64,000 bases of DNA, from the NCBI GenBank assembly GCA_965215565.1, contig CBDCDZ010000004.1, forward strand, positions 1,504,001 to 1,568,000, read 5' to 3'. The position numbers and the translations under genes are program-made. Shown in pieces: positions 30,943-40,549 of this stretch. Source of the DNA: Trueperaceae bacterium (GTDB lineage Bacteria; Deinococcota; Deinococci; Deinococcales; Trueperaceae). The notes beneath the pieces were generated by a model, which made no database searches, was not told the DNA's origin, and worked only from the letters and a program-made list of their open reading frames with translations. Numbering within the stretch: the first letter of the stretch is position 1; every line of letters starts with the position of its first letter.

Positions 30943-32596
30943 TCGTAGACGAGTTAATCCTCGAGGACGCCACGTCAGTCCGGCGCTGCACCCAGCGTTT
31001 CTGCACCTCTCCGAGTCCTCTCTGATACCCTTTGCGGTGGAACGCTAAGTAACCGTCTGGTCTAACCAGAAGCGCACTACCGTCTCTCGCCCCAAGCTTG
31101 TCTCTAAACAGGCGCGTGTAATCGGCGAGTATCGGTACGTCTCCCGCTTTAGGCGTGCCTTGCCCAAGGATGCCGAACACTCTAACGGCTTCCTCCGCTT
31201 CGGCTTGCACCTTGCGTCCTATCTCCGCGAGATACCCCGTGAGATCATCGCCCGCTCTCTCCGTACCGATAAAGATGAAGAGCGTGTAGCCAGGTCTCAA
31301 GAGGTCGAAAAGCCGTACGCGGTTCTCTTCGTCAGCACCAGCCCAGCCATGCGGCGCAGCGAGGGCGAGGTCCGGCACGCGGTCGCCCGCTCGGAGCGCA
31401 CCGGGATGGGGAATATCGCGTAAGTCCTGCTTGAGTTCGCCGCGCGCTCTGGCAGCGTCCTTGTAGCTGATACTGACGCCCGAAAGCCCTTCAGAGAGCG
31501 CTTTTTGTACCGGCAGACGGGGAACGAGGGTTTTGACCAGGAGTTCCCTCGCATTCCGCAGGGTGTTGTTGCGGATGATGAGGCTCCGCAAAATTTTGTC
31601 GCTCGTCTCTACGGCGCGTTTGCCAATAGGGTGACGTTCTTGCTCGTAGGTATCCAGGAGTGACGCGGGAGCCTGCCCGTTCACGACATAGGCAAGCTTC
31701 CAGCCCAGATTAAAGGCGTCTTGAATCCCTGTGTTCATCCCCTGCCCGCCCGCTGGACTATGCACGTGCGCGGCGTCACCTGCTAGAAAGACGTTGCCCC
31801 GGCGGTAGCGGTTCGCTTGGCGAATGCCTGAACCCCAGCGCGAGAGCCAGCGGGGTTCTAAGAGGGTCGGCTGCGTCGGAATCAGCGCGTTCACTGATTC
31901 CTGCATCGTCTCTTGCGCCAAGGGCTCCTTTGCCGACTCGTCTTGATACTTCCAATCGGCAGTCACGAAGCGGAAGTAGTCGTCCTTGAAGGGCACGATA
32001 AAGGCGAGCCCGCGCTCCGAGGAGTACTGCGAGATGCCGCCCTTAGGCAGCCCGCCGTCCACCTTGGCTTCAGCGGTGAAAAAGACGTAGTCGTACGGCT
32101 CGCCCTCAAAAGGGATGTCGGCGGCGCGGCGCACGGTGCTGTGCGCCCCGTCGGTGCCGACGAGGTAATGTGCCGAGACCGTTTCTTCCTGAGCGTTGGG
32201 ATGCTCGAGCCTCGCTACCACCCCGTCGCCTCGCTCTTCTAAGTGCTCCTCTAAAAGCCGTTCGCTCTCGTTTTGAGGAATAACCAAGATAAAGGGGAAG
32301 CGGCTATCCAGGCGGTGCATCTCGGCGCGAATCGGTTTCTCGGAGTCGGAGCCTAAGTCGATACCGGGAGCTTCGTAGCCCTCTTTAACGAAACGCTCCG
32401 CGACGCCCATGAGGTCGAGCGTTTCTAAGGTGCGGGCGTGCATGACAAGCGCGTTGGAGTGTTGCGCCCTCGGTTTTTTGTCCACGATACGGAAGTTCAC
32501 GTCGCGCCGGGCAAGTTCGATTGCCGTTGTAAGTCCAGTGGGTCCTGCGCCGACAATGAGAACGTCAGGGTAGTCCAGCTTCTTCTGATTTTTCAT
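30935..32596 (-). CDS. FAD-dependent monooxygenase (PheA/TfdB-like)
   Basis: GAGPTGL, DGAHSTVR, GDAAHVHSPAGGQGMNTGIQDAFNLGWKL, LVRPDGY. Confidence 0.92.
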   Translation of the reverse strand: MKNQKKLDYPDVLIVGAGPTGLTTAIELARRDVNFRIVDKKPRAQHSNALVMHARTLETLDLMGVAERFVKEGYEAPGIDLGSDSEKPIRAEMHRLDSRFPFILVIPQNESERLLEEHLEERGDGVVARLEHPNAQEETVSAHYLVGTDGAHSTVRRAADIPFEGEPYDYVFFTAEAKVDGGLPKGGISQYSSERGLAFIVPFKDDYFRFVTADWKYQDESAKEPLAQETMQESVNALIPTQPTLLEPRWLSRWGSGIRQANRYRRGNVFLAGDAAHVHSPAGGQGMNTGIQDAFNLGWKLAYVVNGQAPASLLDTYEQERHPIGKRAVETSDKILRSLIIRNNTLRNARELLVKTLVPRLPVQKALSEGLSGVSISYKDAARARGELKQDLRDIPHPGALRAGDRVPDLALAAPHGWAGADEENRVRLFDLLRPGYTLFIFIGTERAGDDLTGYLAEIGRKVQAEAEEAVRVFGILGQGTPKAGDVPILADYTRLFRDKLGARDGSALLVRPDGYLAFHRKGYQRGLGEVQKRWVQRRTDVASSRINSSTNA

Positions 32597-32778
32597 CGTT
32601 CCTCTCCTTGTAAACTAAAAAACTTGCATTGGTTTTATAGTTTATAGAGTAGACGATGATCTACTACGTTGTCAAATGGAAAGGATCATAATATGCCTTT
32701 TCTAAGCTTTGTCTCTCCGAAGAAGCGACGATGAGCCTATTCAACTCAGCAATGAAAGGGATGGGCACGCCGGGGTCT

Positions 32779-32808
32779 TGTGCGAGAGATGCGCGCGTTT
32801 GCTGCACA
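32779..32808. repeat. 30-bp palindrome, copy 7 (TGTGCGAGAGAT GCGCGC GTTTGCTGCACA)
   Basis: Direct reading. Confidence 0.85.
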
Positions 32809-32858
32809 AAACTCTCTAGGGCAGCCCCTTCGGTTCAAACACTATTTAACGGTGTACG

Positions 32859-34007
32859 CTACTCCAGCCTCTCCAACTCGAAGCTGTACCTCACTAAGCT
32901 CGTCCCCTGAGTGCCCGCTCCCACTACCCGGATGAGATAATCCCCGTCCCCCTGCGGCGTGAAGTCGATCTCGGGGAGCGCACCGAAGGTACCGTATAAG
33001 GGGGAGGTCTCTATCGGCTCTTCCTGTCCTACCCGGTAGAACTCGACCCGGTAGGTGCCGTTGTAGCGGTTGTCTTCGTTGTCGTAGCTGAAGCTCAAGA
33101 GGATAGGTTCGTTAAAAGAGCCCGTGAAGCGGTATACGTCATAGGAGCCTGTTGTTACGGCTCCCGTCGCCGTGTCGCCGTAGTCGATGACCGTGGGCGT
33201 CTGTCTCTCCTCGGGCGGTCCGCTCAGGTACTGCGCCCTGACCCGGTAGTCCACCACGTTGTTCTCACCCCGGATGCGCAGGACATAGCCTCCGTCCTCA
33301 GGTGGGGAAAAGCCGATCAAGGGGGCTCGCCCGAAGGTGCCCAAGACGCTGCTGCTGTAGAGCGGTTCTTCCAAGTCGTCGGTGTCGAAGATAAGGATGC
33401 GGTAGTTACCCTGGTTTTCCTCCCCTGTCCCGGTGAAGTCGAAGGTCAGGGGGACGTTGACTTGTCCTACGAAGGTGTAGTCGTCGAAGGCGTTCTCGGC
33501 GACGAGCCCTTCTCTGGCTGTACCCGGCGCAATACTTCCCTCTTCGACCGACCCGACCGAGGTGTAGGTCACCTCGACTGTGGTCGTTTCGTCCTCGGTG
33601 ACGTCTACGGTCGTCTCGCTCTGATTATTCCCCTCGAACGCGCCGCTATAGGTGGCGTCTCTATACTCGACGCTCTCGACCTCGAGGGTGTAGGAGCCGG
33701 TCCTGAGGTCTTGTAAGGTTTGACTGCCTGTTATGGTAGTGCTGTAGTCTTGAGGACCTGCAACGAGGACGCTCGCGTCTGCGCCGTTCGGTAGACCTTC
33801 TACCGTGAATTGCAAACTACCCGTAGGTTCACCTGGCGGAACCTCGATAGGACCGGAAGGGTTCTCAGGCGTGGTGGTCGTTTCGCCACAAGCGACGAGT
33901 AAGCTCAGTAGGAGCAAGCTCAGCAAGACGCTGTACCTCAAAACGACAACGGTGGGTTTTGCATAGGTTCTACGGCTCGAGCGGTTCATCTTTATCTCCT
34001 TTTCCAA
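32859..34007 (-). CDS. Lipoprotein with Ig-like and two PPC-like repeats
   Basis: LLVAC lipobox; duplicated D.Y.F.G....P......F.P..DG.Y.+R+ unit. Confidence 0.75.
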   Translation of the reverse strand: MEKEIKMNRSSRRTYAKPTVVVLRYSVLLSLLLLSLLVACGETTTTPENPSGPIEVPPGEPTGSLQFTVEGLPNGADASVLVAGPQDYSTTITGSQTLQDLRTGSYTLEVESVEYRDATYSGAFEGNNQSETTVDVTEDETTTVEVTYTSVGSVEEGSIAPGTAREGLVAENAFDDYTFVGQVNVPLTFDFTGTGEENQGNYRILIFDTDDLEEPLYSSSVLGTFGRAPLIGFSPPEDGGYVLRIRGENNVVDYRVRAQYLSGPPEERQTPTVIDYGDTATGAVTTGSYDVYRFTGSFNEPILLSFSYDNEDNRYNGTYRVEFYRVGQEEPIETSPLYGTFGALPEIDFTPQGDGDYLIRVVGAGTQGTSLVRYSFELERLE

Positions 34008-34017
34008 CGAAGTGTGT

Positions 34018-34317
34018 TCACGTACCTAATAGCTGCGCTAGGTCCATCCTGAAGTCCACGAACAAGATGCCTAAGATGCAAAACCCGCCGAGGAGGGCAA
34101 GTATCAGCCAGAAGAAGCGGCTGTGCAGGAGGTCACCTAAGTTATCGAAGTGCTCTTTTGTTTCCTTCCTGATATCTTTCAGCTCCTGCCGCACGTCCTC
34201 GTGGCGCAGAGCCATGCGGTAGAGCTGCTTGGCGAGCCGGTCTTGTTCGCGCTCAAGTTCGTCTAGTCGGTACTCACGGGCACTAGCTCTATTTCTGTTG
34301 CGAGTCGCTTCGCTCAT
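34018..34317 (-). CDS. Small coiled-coil protein with a C-terminal TM helix
   Basis: 99-aa ORF overlapping the upstream gene. Confidence 0.6.
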   Translation of the reverse strand: MSEATRNRNRASAREYRLDELEREQDRLAKQLYRMALRHEDVRQELKDIRKETKEHFDNLGDLLHSRFFWLILALLGGFCILGILFVDFRMDLAQLLGT

Positions 34318-34862
34318 ACCGCGAGCTGCGCCGCGTCCCCGGCGAAGTAGGCGAGGACGAGTTCGGTGTTTCTCTCTACCCCGAGCTTCTCGCGGGCATG
34401 CCTGAGGTGCTCACCTGCCGTATAGGGGATGATACCTAAGGATTCGGCTAACATCTCGACGCTCTCCCCGTACACCGTGCGGCGCAGCACCTCGCGTTCT
34501 CTCGGAGTGAGCGGGCTCTTGGCCGGTGGTGGTCCTTCGTAGAAATGCTCGCCGATAGCAACGCGGGAGAGGTAGAAGGCTAGGGCTCGAGCTGGTGGCA
34601 GGCTCGAGGTGACCAACAACCCCTGCGGCTTCAGATCGAGTAAATCTAACAAGTAGTGGATGGAGCGGTTGGCAGTCACGAGGAGCACGGGCAGAGGTAG
34701 CCCAAGTGCGCTCAATACCTTTAGGGCGTAGCCGGGGCGGTCATCGAGTACTAAGCTCACCGGCACGTCGAAGTCGAGCGTGCTCAGACGCTCGGCAACC
34801 GCATCCTTCATGCGCCCCGAAGCGGCGTGGATACTCAGATGACTCTGAAGCTGAGTTGACAC
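34314..34862 (-). CDS. LuxR-type HTH regulator with a degenerate receiver-like N-terminus
   Basis: LTPREREVL...LAESLGI...H...AREKLGV. Confidence 0.8.
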   Translation of the reverse strand: MSTQLQSHLSIHAASGRMKDAVAERLSTLDFDVPVSLVLDDRPGYALKVLSALGLPLPVLLVTANRSIHYLLDLLDLKPQGLLVTSSLPPARALAFYLSRVAIGEHFYEGPPPAKSPLTPREREVLRRTVYGESVEMLAESLGIIPYTAGEHLRHAREKLGVERNTELVLAYFAGDAAQLAV

Positions 34863-34888
34863 AAGCTCCTCCCCCTTAATGTGCCGCG

Positions 34889-35701
34889 TTAGGGTGCCCC
34901 ACCACTGACCCCGATGCCTATAGGTGTCTGCGGCAGGTCCAACGTCTCGGTCGTCGTGAGGAGCATCTCTCCACCCGCTAAACTGGCTGCGCCCGAGACC
35001 TCGAGCAGATTGAGCCCCGCTTGTAAGTCCAGGTCGGTCGTCACCTGCGACCCCTCGCCCGAACAGTAGCCGCTGCCTGCGACCCGGAAGGGCTCAAGTG
35101 CGTAGAGAAGCCCGAGTAAGGTGCGCAACTCGTAGTCGAAGAGCCCGCCCTGCTCGGCGGTGAGGTCTACGATGCCCCAGAACTGCCCATCGGCATAGAG
35201 GGCGAGTTTGAGCAGAACCATCTGGGCACCCGGTGGTGATAGGGAGGGGGCGACCTCGGGGCAGAGTTGGAAGTCGTCCAAACTCGCCTCCTGGTAGAAG
35301 CGCCTGGCGCCCCTCGGTAGCTCTTCGAGCAAGCGGTAGGTCACTTCGCCTATCTCGCTCACCGGGAAGCTGAACACGGTCGTGAGGTTCTCCTCGCTAT
35401 AGTCCTCCGAGGTGACGTCCGCTACGGCGACGGCGTGCACCTCTCCCTCAGCGCCCGAGGGCCAGCCCTCAGGCGGCCACGGGGTCAAGCGGGTGGTTAG
35501 CTCGAGTTGGGCATAAGTGATAGGCGACACTGCCAACAAACATATGAAACTTAGTAGGGCAAGTTTTGAAACAGTACAACGATCCGCCCAAGTTTTTTCA
35601 CGCCTCTCCCTATACGAGCAACTACTAGAAACGCCGAATAACACAATTGACCCCTCTTCTGCAGTACGTGGTGCACGACAAGAAAATTTCTTACGAGTCA
35701 T
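34889..35701 (-). CDS. Hypothetical secreted protein (start uncertain)
   Basis: Signal-like segment LALLSFICLLAVSPITYAQ followed by an acidic domain. Confidence 0.6.
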   Translation of the reverse strand: MTRKKFSCRAPRTAEEGSIVLFGVSSSCSYRERREKTWADRCTVSKLALLSFICLLAVSPITYAQLELTTRLTPWPPEGWPSGAEGEVHAVAVADVTSEDYSEENLTTVFSFPVSEIGEVTYRLLEELPRGARRFYQEASLDDFQLCPEVAPSLSPPGAQMVLLKLALYADGQFWGIVDLTAEQGGLFDYELRTLLGLLYALEPFRVAGSGYCSGEGSQVTTDLDLQAGLNLLEVSGAASLAGGEMLLTTTETLDLPQTPIGIGVSGGAP

Positions 35702-35778
35702 ACCCTAGCATAATTCTCATTAGTATGAGACCCTTACAATGAGTCGCATGTGACGAACTGAGAACGAATGATGATAAT

Positions 35779-36042
35779 GTGTTCAGACCCGATAGTGAGG
35801 AGCTTTCACGTGCTGCGTTCGCCTATAGGAAGCGTGTCGGCAAACACCTCATGAGGCTGCGTAAGCAGAAAGGGTTGAACCAAGACGAATTTGCTTTCAA
35901 CGCAGGGCTTCATCGCTCCCATGTCGGTAAGATTGAGAACGCTACTCTGAACGTCACCCTCGAGTCGCTCTACAAGTACGCGCACGGGCTCGAGATGGAT
36001 GTCTGGGAGATGTTGCGAATCGTCAGCGAGGATGAATTTTAA
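35779..36042 (+). CDS. XRE-family HTH regulator (possible RM controller protein)
   Basis: LRKQKGLNQDEFAFNAGLHRSHVGKIEN; palindrome TCTCAT-TAGT-ATGAGA at 35715-35730 upstream. Confidence 0.85.
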   Translation: MFRPDSEELSRAAFAYRKRVGKHLMRLRKQKGLNQDEFAFNAGLHRSHVGKIENATLNVTLESLYKYAHGLEMDVWEMLRIVSEDEF

Positions 36043-36534
36043 TCCACCTCAGAGACGCATTAGCACCCCTCAAAATGCATGACGTTACAAGGGTAACTAC
36101 GCCGATTTGGGAAAGGCTTCGGAAGAAGAGAAGAGGGCTGAGATAGTGTGTGAGCAAGATTCCAACCCTTGAAAAGATTGTACAAGCGGCTAAAGGTCTA
36201 AGTCTAAGAAAGCAGAGGAAAGCTCTACAAGAATGCAAACCCATGTTTTCAAACAGCTTTATCATCACCTTGGTGGTGTACTAGAAGTTGGCGGGCTTTT
36301 GCTACCTACGCCTAGAAGATGTTGGAAGTCGCGGTATTCTTCGGCGTCACTGTTCCTGCACCTTCAACCTACCCAAGATTACGATATTCACCGCTTTTAA
36401 GAATATTTTAGCGGTACTTTGGCTCCGCATTTATGGCGCTGAGTCATCAATTCTCAGCGCTTCATCTTGCGGGCGCGAGGTTAAGCTGAAAGCACATAAT
36501 TTCAGCCGCCGAAAGGACGCACCTAGACCTCGAT

Positions 36535-39215
36535 ATGACGACCCAACGCGATAAACTCACGCTCGCCCAACTCGAGACCTTCCTCCTCCAAGCCGCCGAC
36601 ATCCTGCGCGGCAAGATGGACGCCAACGACTTCAAAGAGTACATCTTCGGGATGCTCTTCTTGAAGCGCATCCCGACCAGTTCGCTGCCAAGCAGGAAGA
36701 GATGAGGCAAGTTTACAGCCATCTTTCCGAAGAGCTAGTGGACGAACTGCTGACGGAGAAGACAACCTACGGCGAGGCGTTCTTTGTTCCAGAAGAGGCT
36801 CGCTGGAATAGGATCAGAGATTTTCAGCACAATATCGGTGAGCAGTTGAACGTCGCCGTTTCTGCCCTTGAAGAGGCTAACGACACGTTTGAGGGTGTTC
36901 TCAAAGACAAGATCAACTTCAACGCGGCGAGTGGCGGCAAGCGTCTCGTGTCAGACGGACGGCTCAAAGACCTCATCAACCACTTCAATACCATCGTTCT
37001 CACTAACGGCAACTTCGAGTTCCCCGACCTCTTGGGCGCAGCCTACGAGTACCTCATCAAGTTCTTCGCTGACAGCGCTGGTAAAAAGGGCGGCGAGTTC
37101 TACACGCCTGCCGAAGTGGTTCGCCTTATGGTGCAACTCGTCAAGCCCAAACAAGATATGTCCGTGTACGATCCGACCATTGGCTCGGGAGGAATGCTCA
37201 TCCAGTCGGCGCAGTACGTCGAGGAGCAGGGGGAAGACCCTATCAAGCTGAACCTCTTCGGGCAAGAATCCAACCCGGCGACCTGGGCGATCAGCGTGAT
37301 GAACATGATTTTGCACAACCTCGCCTCCGCGAGCATCGAGTACGGCGACACGTTAGAGGAACCCCTACACGTTAGGGACGGGCGTCTGCGGCAGTTCGAC
37401 CGCGTTCTAGCCAACCCACCCTTCTCCCAAAACTACACCCGCGCCAACATGGACTTCACCAACTGCTTCCCCTACGGCTTCGCGCCGGAGACGGGCAAGA
37501 AAGCCGACCTCATGTTCGTCCAGCACATGATCGCCAGCCTCAAGGACACCGGCGTCATGGCGACGGTCATGCCGCACGGCGTGCTCTTTCGGGGCGGCAA
37601 AGAGAAGCAGATTCGCGAGGGGTTCGTCAAAGCGGGCATCGTCGAGGCGATTATCAGCCTACCCCCCTCGCTCTTCTACGGCACGGGCATCCCTGCCTGC
37701 ATTCTCGTCATCAACAAGAACAAGCCCGACGGCTTGCGCAACAAGGTGCTCTTCATCAACGCCGACGCAGAGTACGCCGAGGGCAAGAAGCAGAACAAGC
37801 TGCGCCCCGAGGACATCGAGAAGATCGACTGGGTCTACACCCACAAGCACGAAGCGCCCAAATACTCGCGCCTGGTAGACATAGAAGAGATCAGAGACAA
37901 CGACTACAACCTCAACATCTGCCGCTACGTGGACAACACCCCGCCCCCCGAACCCGAGGACGTGCGGGCGCACCTGGTCGGCGGCGTACCTAAACAAGAG
38001 GTGCAAGCGCAGCAGAAACAGCTCGACAAATTCGACATTATGCCCCTGCTCGTCTTCCAGGAGCGCGACGCCGAGTATTACGACTTTCGGGACGAGATCG
38101 GGAGCCGTGACGACCTCAAGCGCATCATCGAAGAGGACCAGAACGTCAGGGCGACCTACCGCCGCATGATCGAGCGGCTCGAAGGTTGGTGGGTAAAAGC
38201 CCGCGACACCTTCGCCCGCCTCGCCCCGCCGAACGGCGCGGACTACCCACAAGCTAAGCTCCCCGACGTTCGCGCCGACCTGCTCGCCTCACTCAAGGCG
38301 ACGCTACAAGAAGAGCGCGTGCTCGACGACTTCCAGGCGGGCGGCGTCTTCGCCAACTGGTGGGACGCCATCAAGTACGACCTCAAAACTATCGTAGCGA
38401 ACGGTTGGCACCATACCCTCATCCCGGACGAATACCTGATACGCGCCTTTTTTCAAGCCGACCAGGACGCGCTCGACATCCTCGCTAACACGCTCAGTGA
38501 CCAAGAGGCGCAGCTCGACGAGGCGGTGCAAGAGGTAGAATACGAGCCCGAGGAAGACGAGAAGGTCACACCCGCCGTGGTCAAGAACCACCTGACCAGC
38601 GAGATCAAGTCCCTCAAAGAGGACGGCGGTCCGCTGCTTTCCGGGGCGGAAGATGAGTTAGCAGGTTACGAGGCGCAGCTTGGGGCGATTAAGGATGCAG
38701 AAGGCGCGATCAAGAAGACCAAAGCCAAGATCAAAGAGCGTGAGGTGCAGCTCGCTGAGAAGCTGCTGCTGAAGCGCTACGGGGTAGAAGAGGTCACGGC
38801 GGACCTGAATGCTCGGCTCAGGCAGGTGCAAAAAGAGGTCGAGGCGTGGGAGGCGAAGCCGGGCGGTGATGCGAAAGAGGAGAAAGCGCGGAAGAGTGAG
38901 GTGAATAAGCTGGGTAAAGATGTGAAGGCGCTTGAGGGGCAGAGGGAGCGGGCGGAAGGGTTGTTTGGGCAGGTTGGGGGGGTGCTTACGGAGGAGGAAG
39001 CGAAGAATCTCATTCTGCAAAAACACCACGACCTTGTTAGAAGCACGCTTGAACGCTATATGGATCAAGAAAGGCGCATTCTACTCAGTAGTTTCAACAA
39101 CCTGAATGAGAAATACTCTACTTCAGCCTATGAATTAGAGGCTGATCGAGAGGACACAATGACTCAGCTTCAGGTAATCATGAAACAGCTAAATTATACC
39201 GAGGCGGTAGCGTGA
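36535..39215 (+). pseudogene. hsdM: Type I RM methyltransferase with a frameshift near 36672
   Basis: ATG 36535 gives [46 protein letters not shown]; the frame then shifts into the 36702 ORF with GEFYTP, DPTIGSGG, NPPF. Confidence 0.9.
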
Positions 39216-40549
39216 GAGGTTGGAAAAGGCAAAAGATAGGGCAGTTATTCGAGTACACAATTCCAGGAGATTGGGGCGGAACTCCTTCTACGAATAGCTC
39301 TGTGCCCGTAGTTCGTTCGACTAACTTTAGGAACGATGGCAGGCTAGATTTGAGCGACATCGTGTACAGAAGTGTTAGTCCCAAAAGCCTGAGTGTGCGT
39401 GAAGTAAATCAAGGAGACGTGCTCATTGAAAAATCAGGAGGTAGCCCAAACCAGCCCGCAGGTAGAGTTGTTTTCTGCGATCAAGAGTTTGGAGGCACGT
39501 GTTCCAACTTTATAGAAGTTGCCAAGATCAAACAAGGTTTCGACAACAGGTTTATTTTCTACCTCTTGTATTTCCTTTACCAGACAGGTCTCGTACTTAA
39601 ATACCAGCAGCAAACAACTGGGATAATTAACTTTAAGCTCAATCAGTACATGGATGAGTTTGTGGAAGTGCCTGGTTCAAAACAAGAGCAAAAAGAGATA
39701 GCTGATGTATTAACAAATATAGACACCGCCATCACTCAAACCGAGGCGCTTATCGCCAAGTACCAGCGTGTCCGCACCGGGCTCATGCAGGACTTGCTGA
39801 CGAAAGGCGTTGACAAAGAGGGGCGCATCCGCTCCGAGGAGACGCACGAGTTTAAGGACTCGCCGCTGGGGAGGATTCCGGTGGAGTGGGATATGGCATC
39901 TATAGCTGATACTGCTAGCAAAAGCCAGGGCTCAACTTCAATTGGACCATTCGGTAGCGATTTACTTGCTAGCGACTATAGGGACCAAGGAGTTCCGGTC
40001 GTTTTTGTTCGAGATATTAAAAGCGATGGTTTCATTTGGAAAAGCGAAGTATACCTGGATCAAGAAAAAGCGGAGAAGCTCGCTGCACACTCCGTACTTC
40101 CGGGTGATGTAATCGCCACAAAAATGGGATTACCGCCCTGTATCTCATGCGTTTACCCGTTAAATATGCCTCCCGGCATCATTACCGCTGATGTAATTCG
40201 ACTTCGTCCAAACTTGGAGATAGCCAATGCTGAATGGCTTGCTCAGTATCTAAATTTTACACCCGTGCGGAATCAGGTTAAAGCAATTACAGGAGGTGTG
40301 ACGCGACCAAAGGTTACGCTTAGAGACTTCAGAAATTTACTCATTGCTCTTCCTAGAATTAGCGAGCAATCTCAAATCCTAAGTATTTTGCGCAAAAATC
40401 AGCAACGAGTTGAGTGCGAAGAGGAGTACGTAAGTAAGCTTAATCATCTGAAAAGTGGTCTCATGCAAGACCTCTTAACAGGTAAAGTTTCCGTTGACGC
40501 GCTTCTTAACCAAACTGAGTCTCAAACACCGGAGGTTGTCGCCTCATGA
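39212..40549 (+). CDS. hsdS: Type I RM specificity subunit
   Basis: Two TRDs with EQ..I...L / GLMQDLLT conserved repeats; KDSPLGRIPVEW. Confidence 0.93.
   Translation: MRGWKRQKIGQLFEYTIPGDWGGTPSTNSSVPVVRSTNFRNDGRLDLSDIVYRSVSPKSLSVREVNQGDVLIEKSGGSPNQPAGRVVFCDQEFGGTCSNFIEVAKIKQGFDNRFIFYLLYFLYQTGLVLKYQQQTTGIINFKLNQYMDEFVEVPGSKQEQKEIADVLTNIDTAITQTEALIAKYQRVRTGLMQDLLTKGVDKEGRIRSEETHEFKDSPLGRIPVEWDMASIADTASKSQGSTSIGPFGSDLLASDYRDQGVPVVFVRDIKSDGFIWKSEVYLDQEKAEKLAAHSVLPGDVIATKMGLPPCISCVYPLNMPPGIITADVIRLRPNLEIANAEWLAQYLNFTPVRNQVKAITGGVTRPKVTLRDFRNLLIALPRISEQSQILSILRKNQQRVECEEEYVSKLNHLKSGLMQDLLTGKVSVDALLNQTESQTPEVVAS

Noticed and set aside
20514..32808. The 30-bp palindromes as a CRISPR array or as terminators
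   Set aside because: They are kilobases apart and unrelated to the I-E repeat; most lack U-tracts and several lie upstream of genes.
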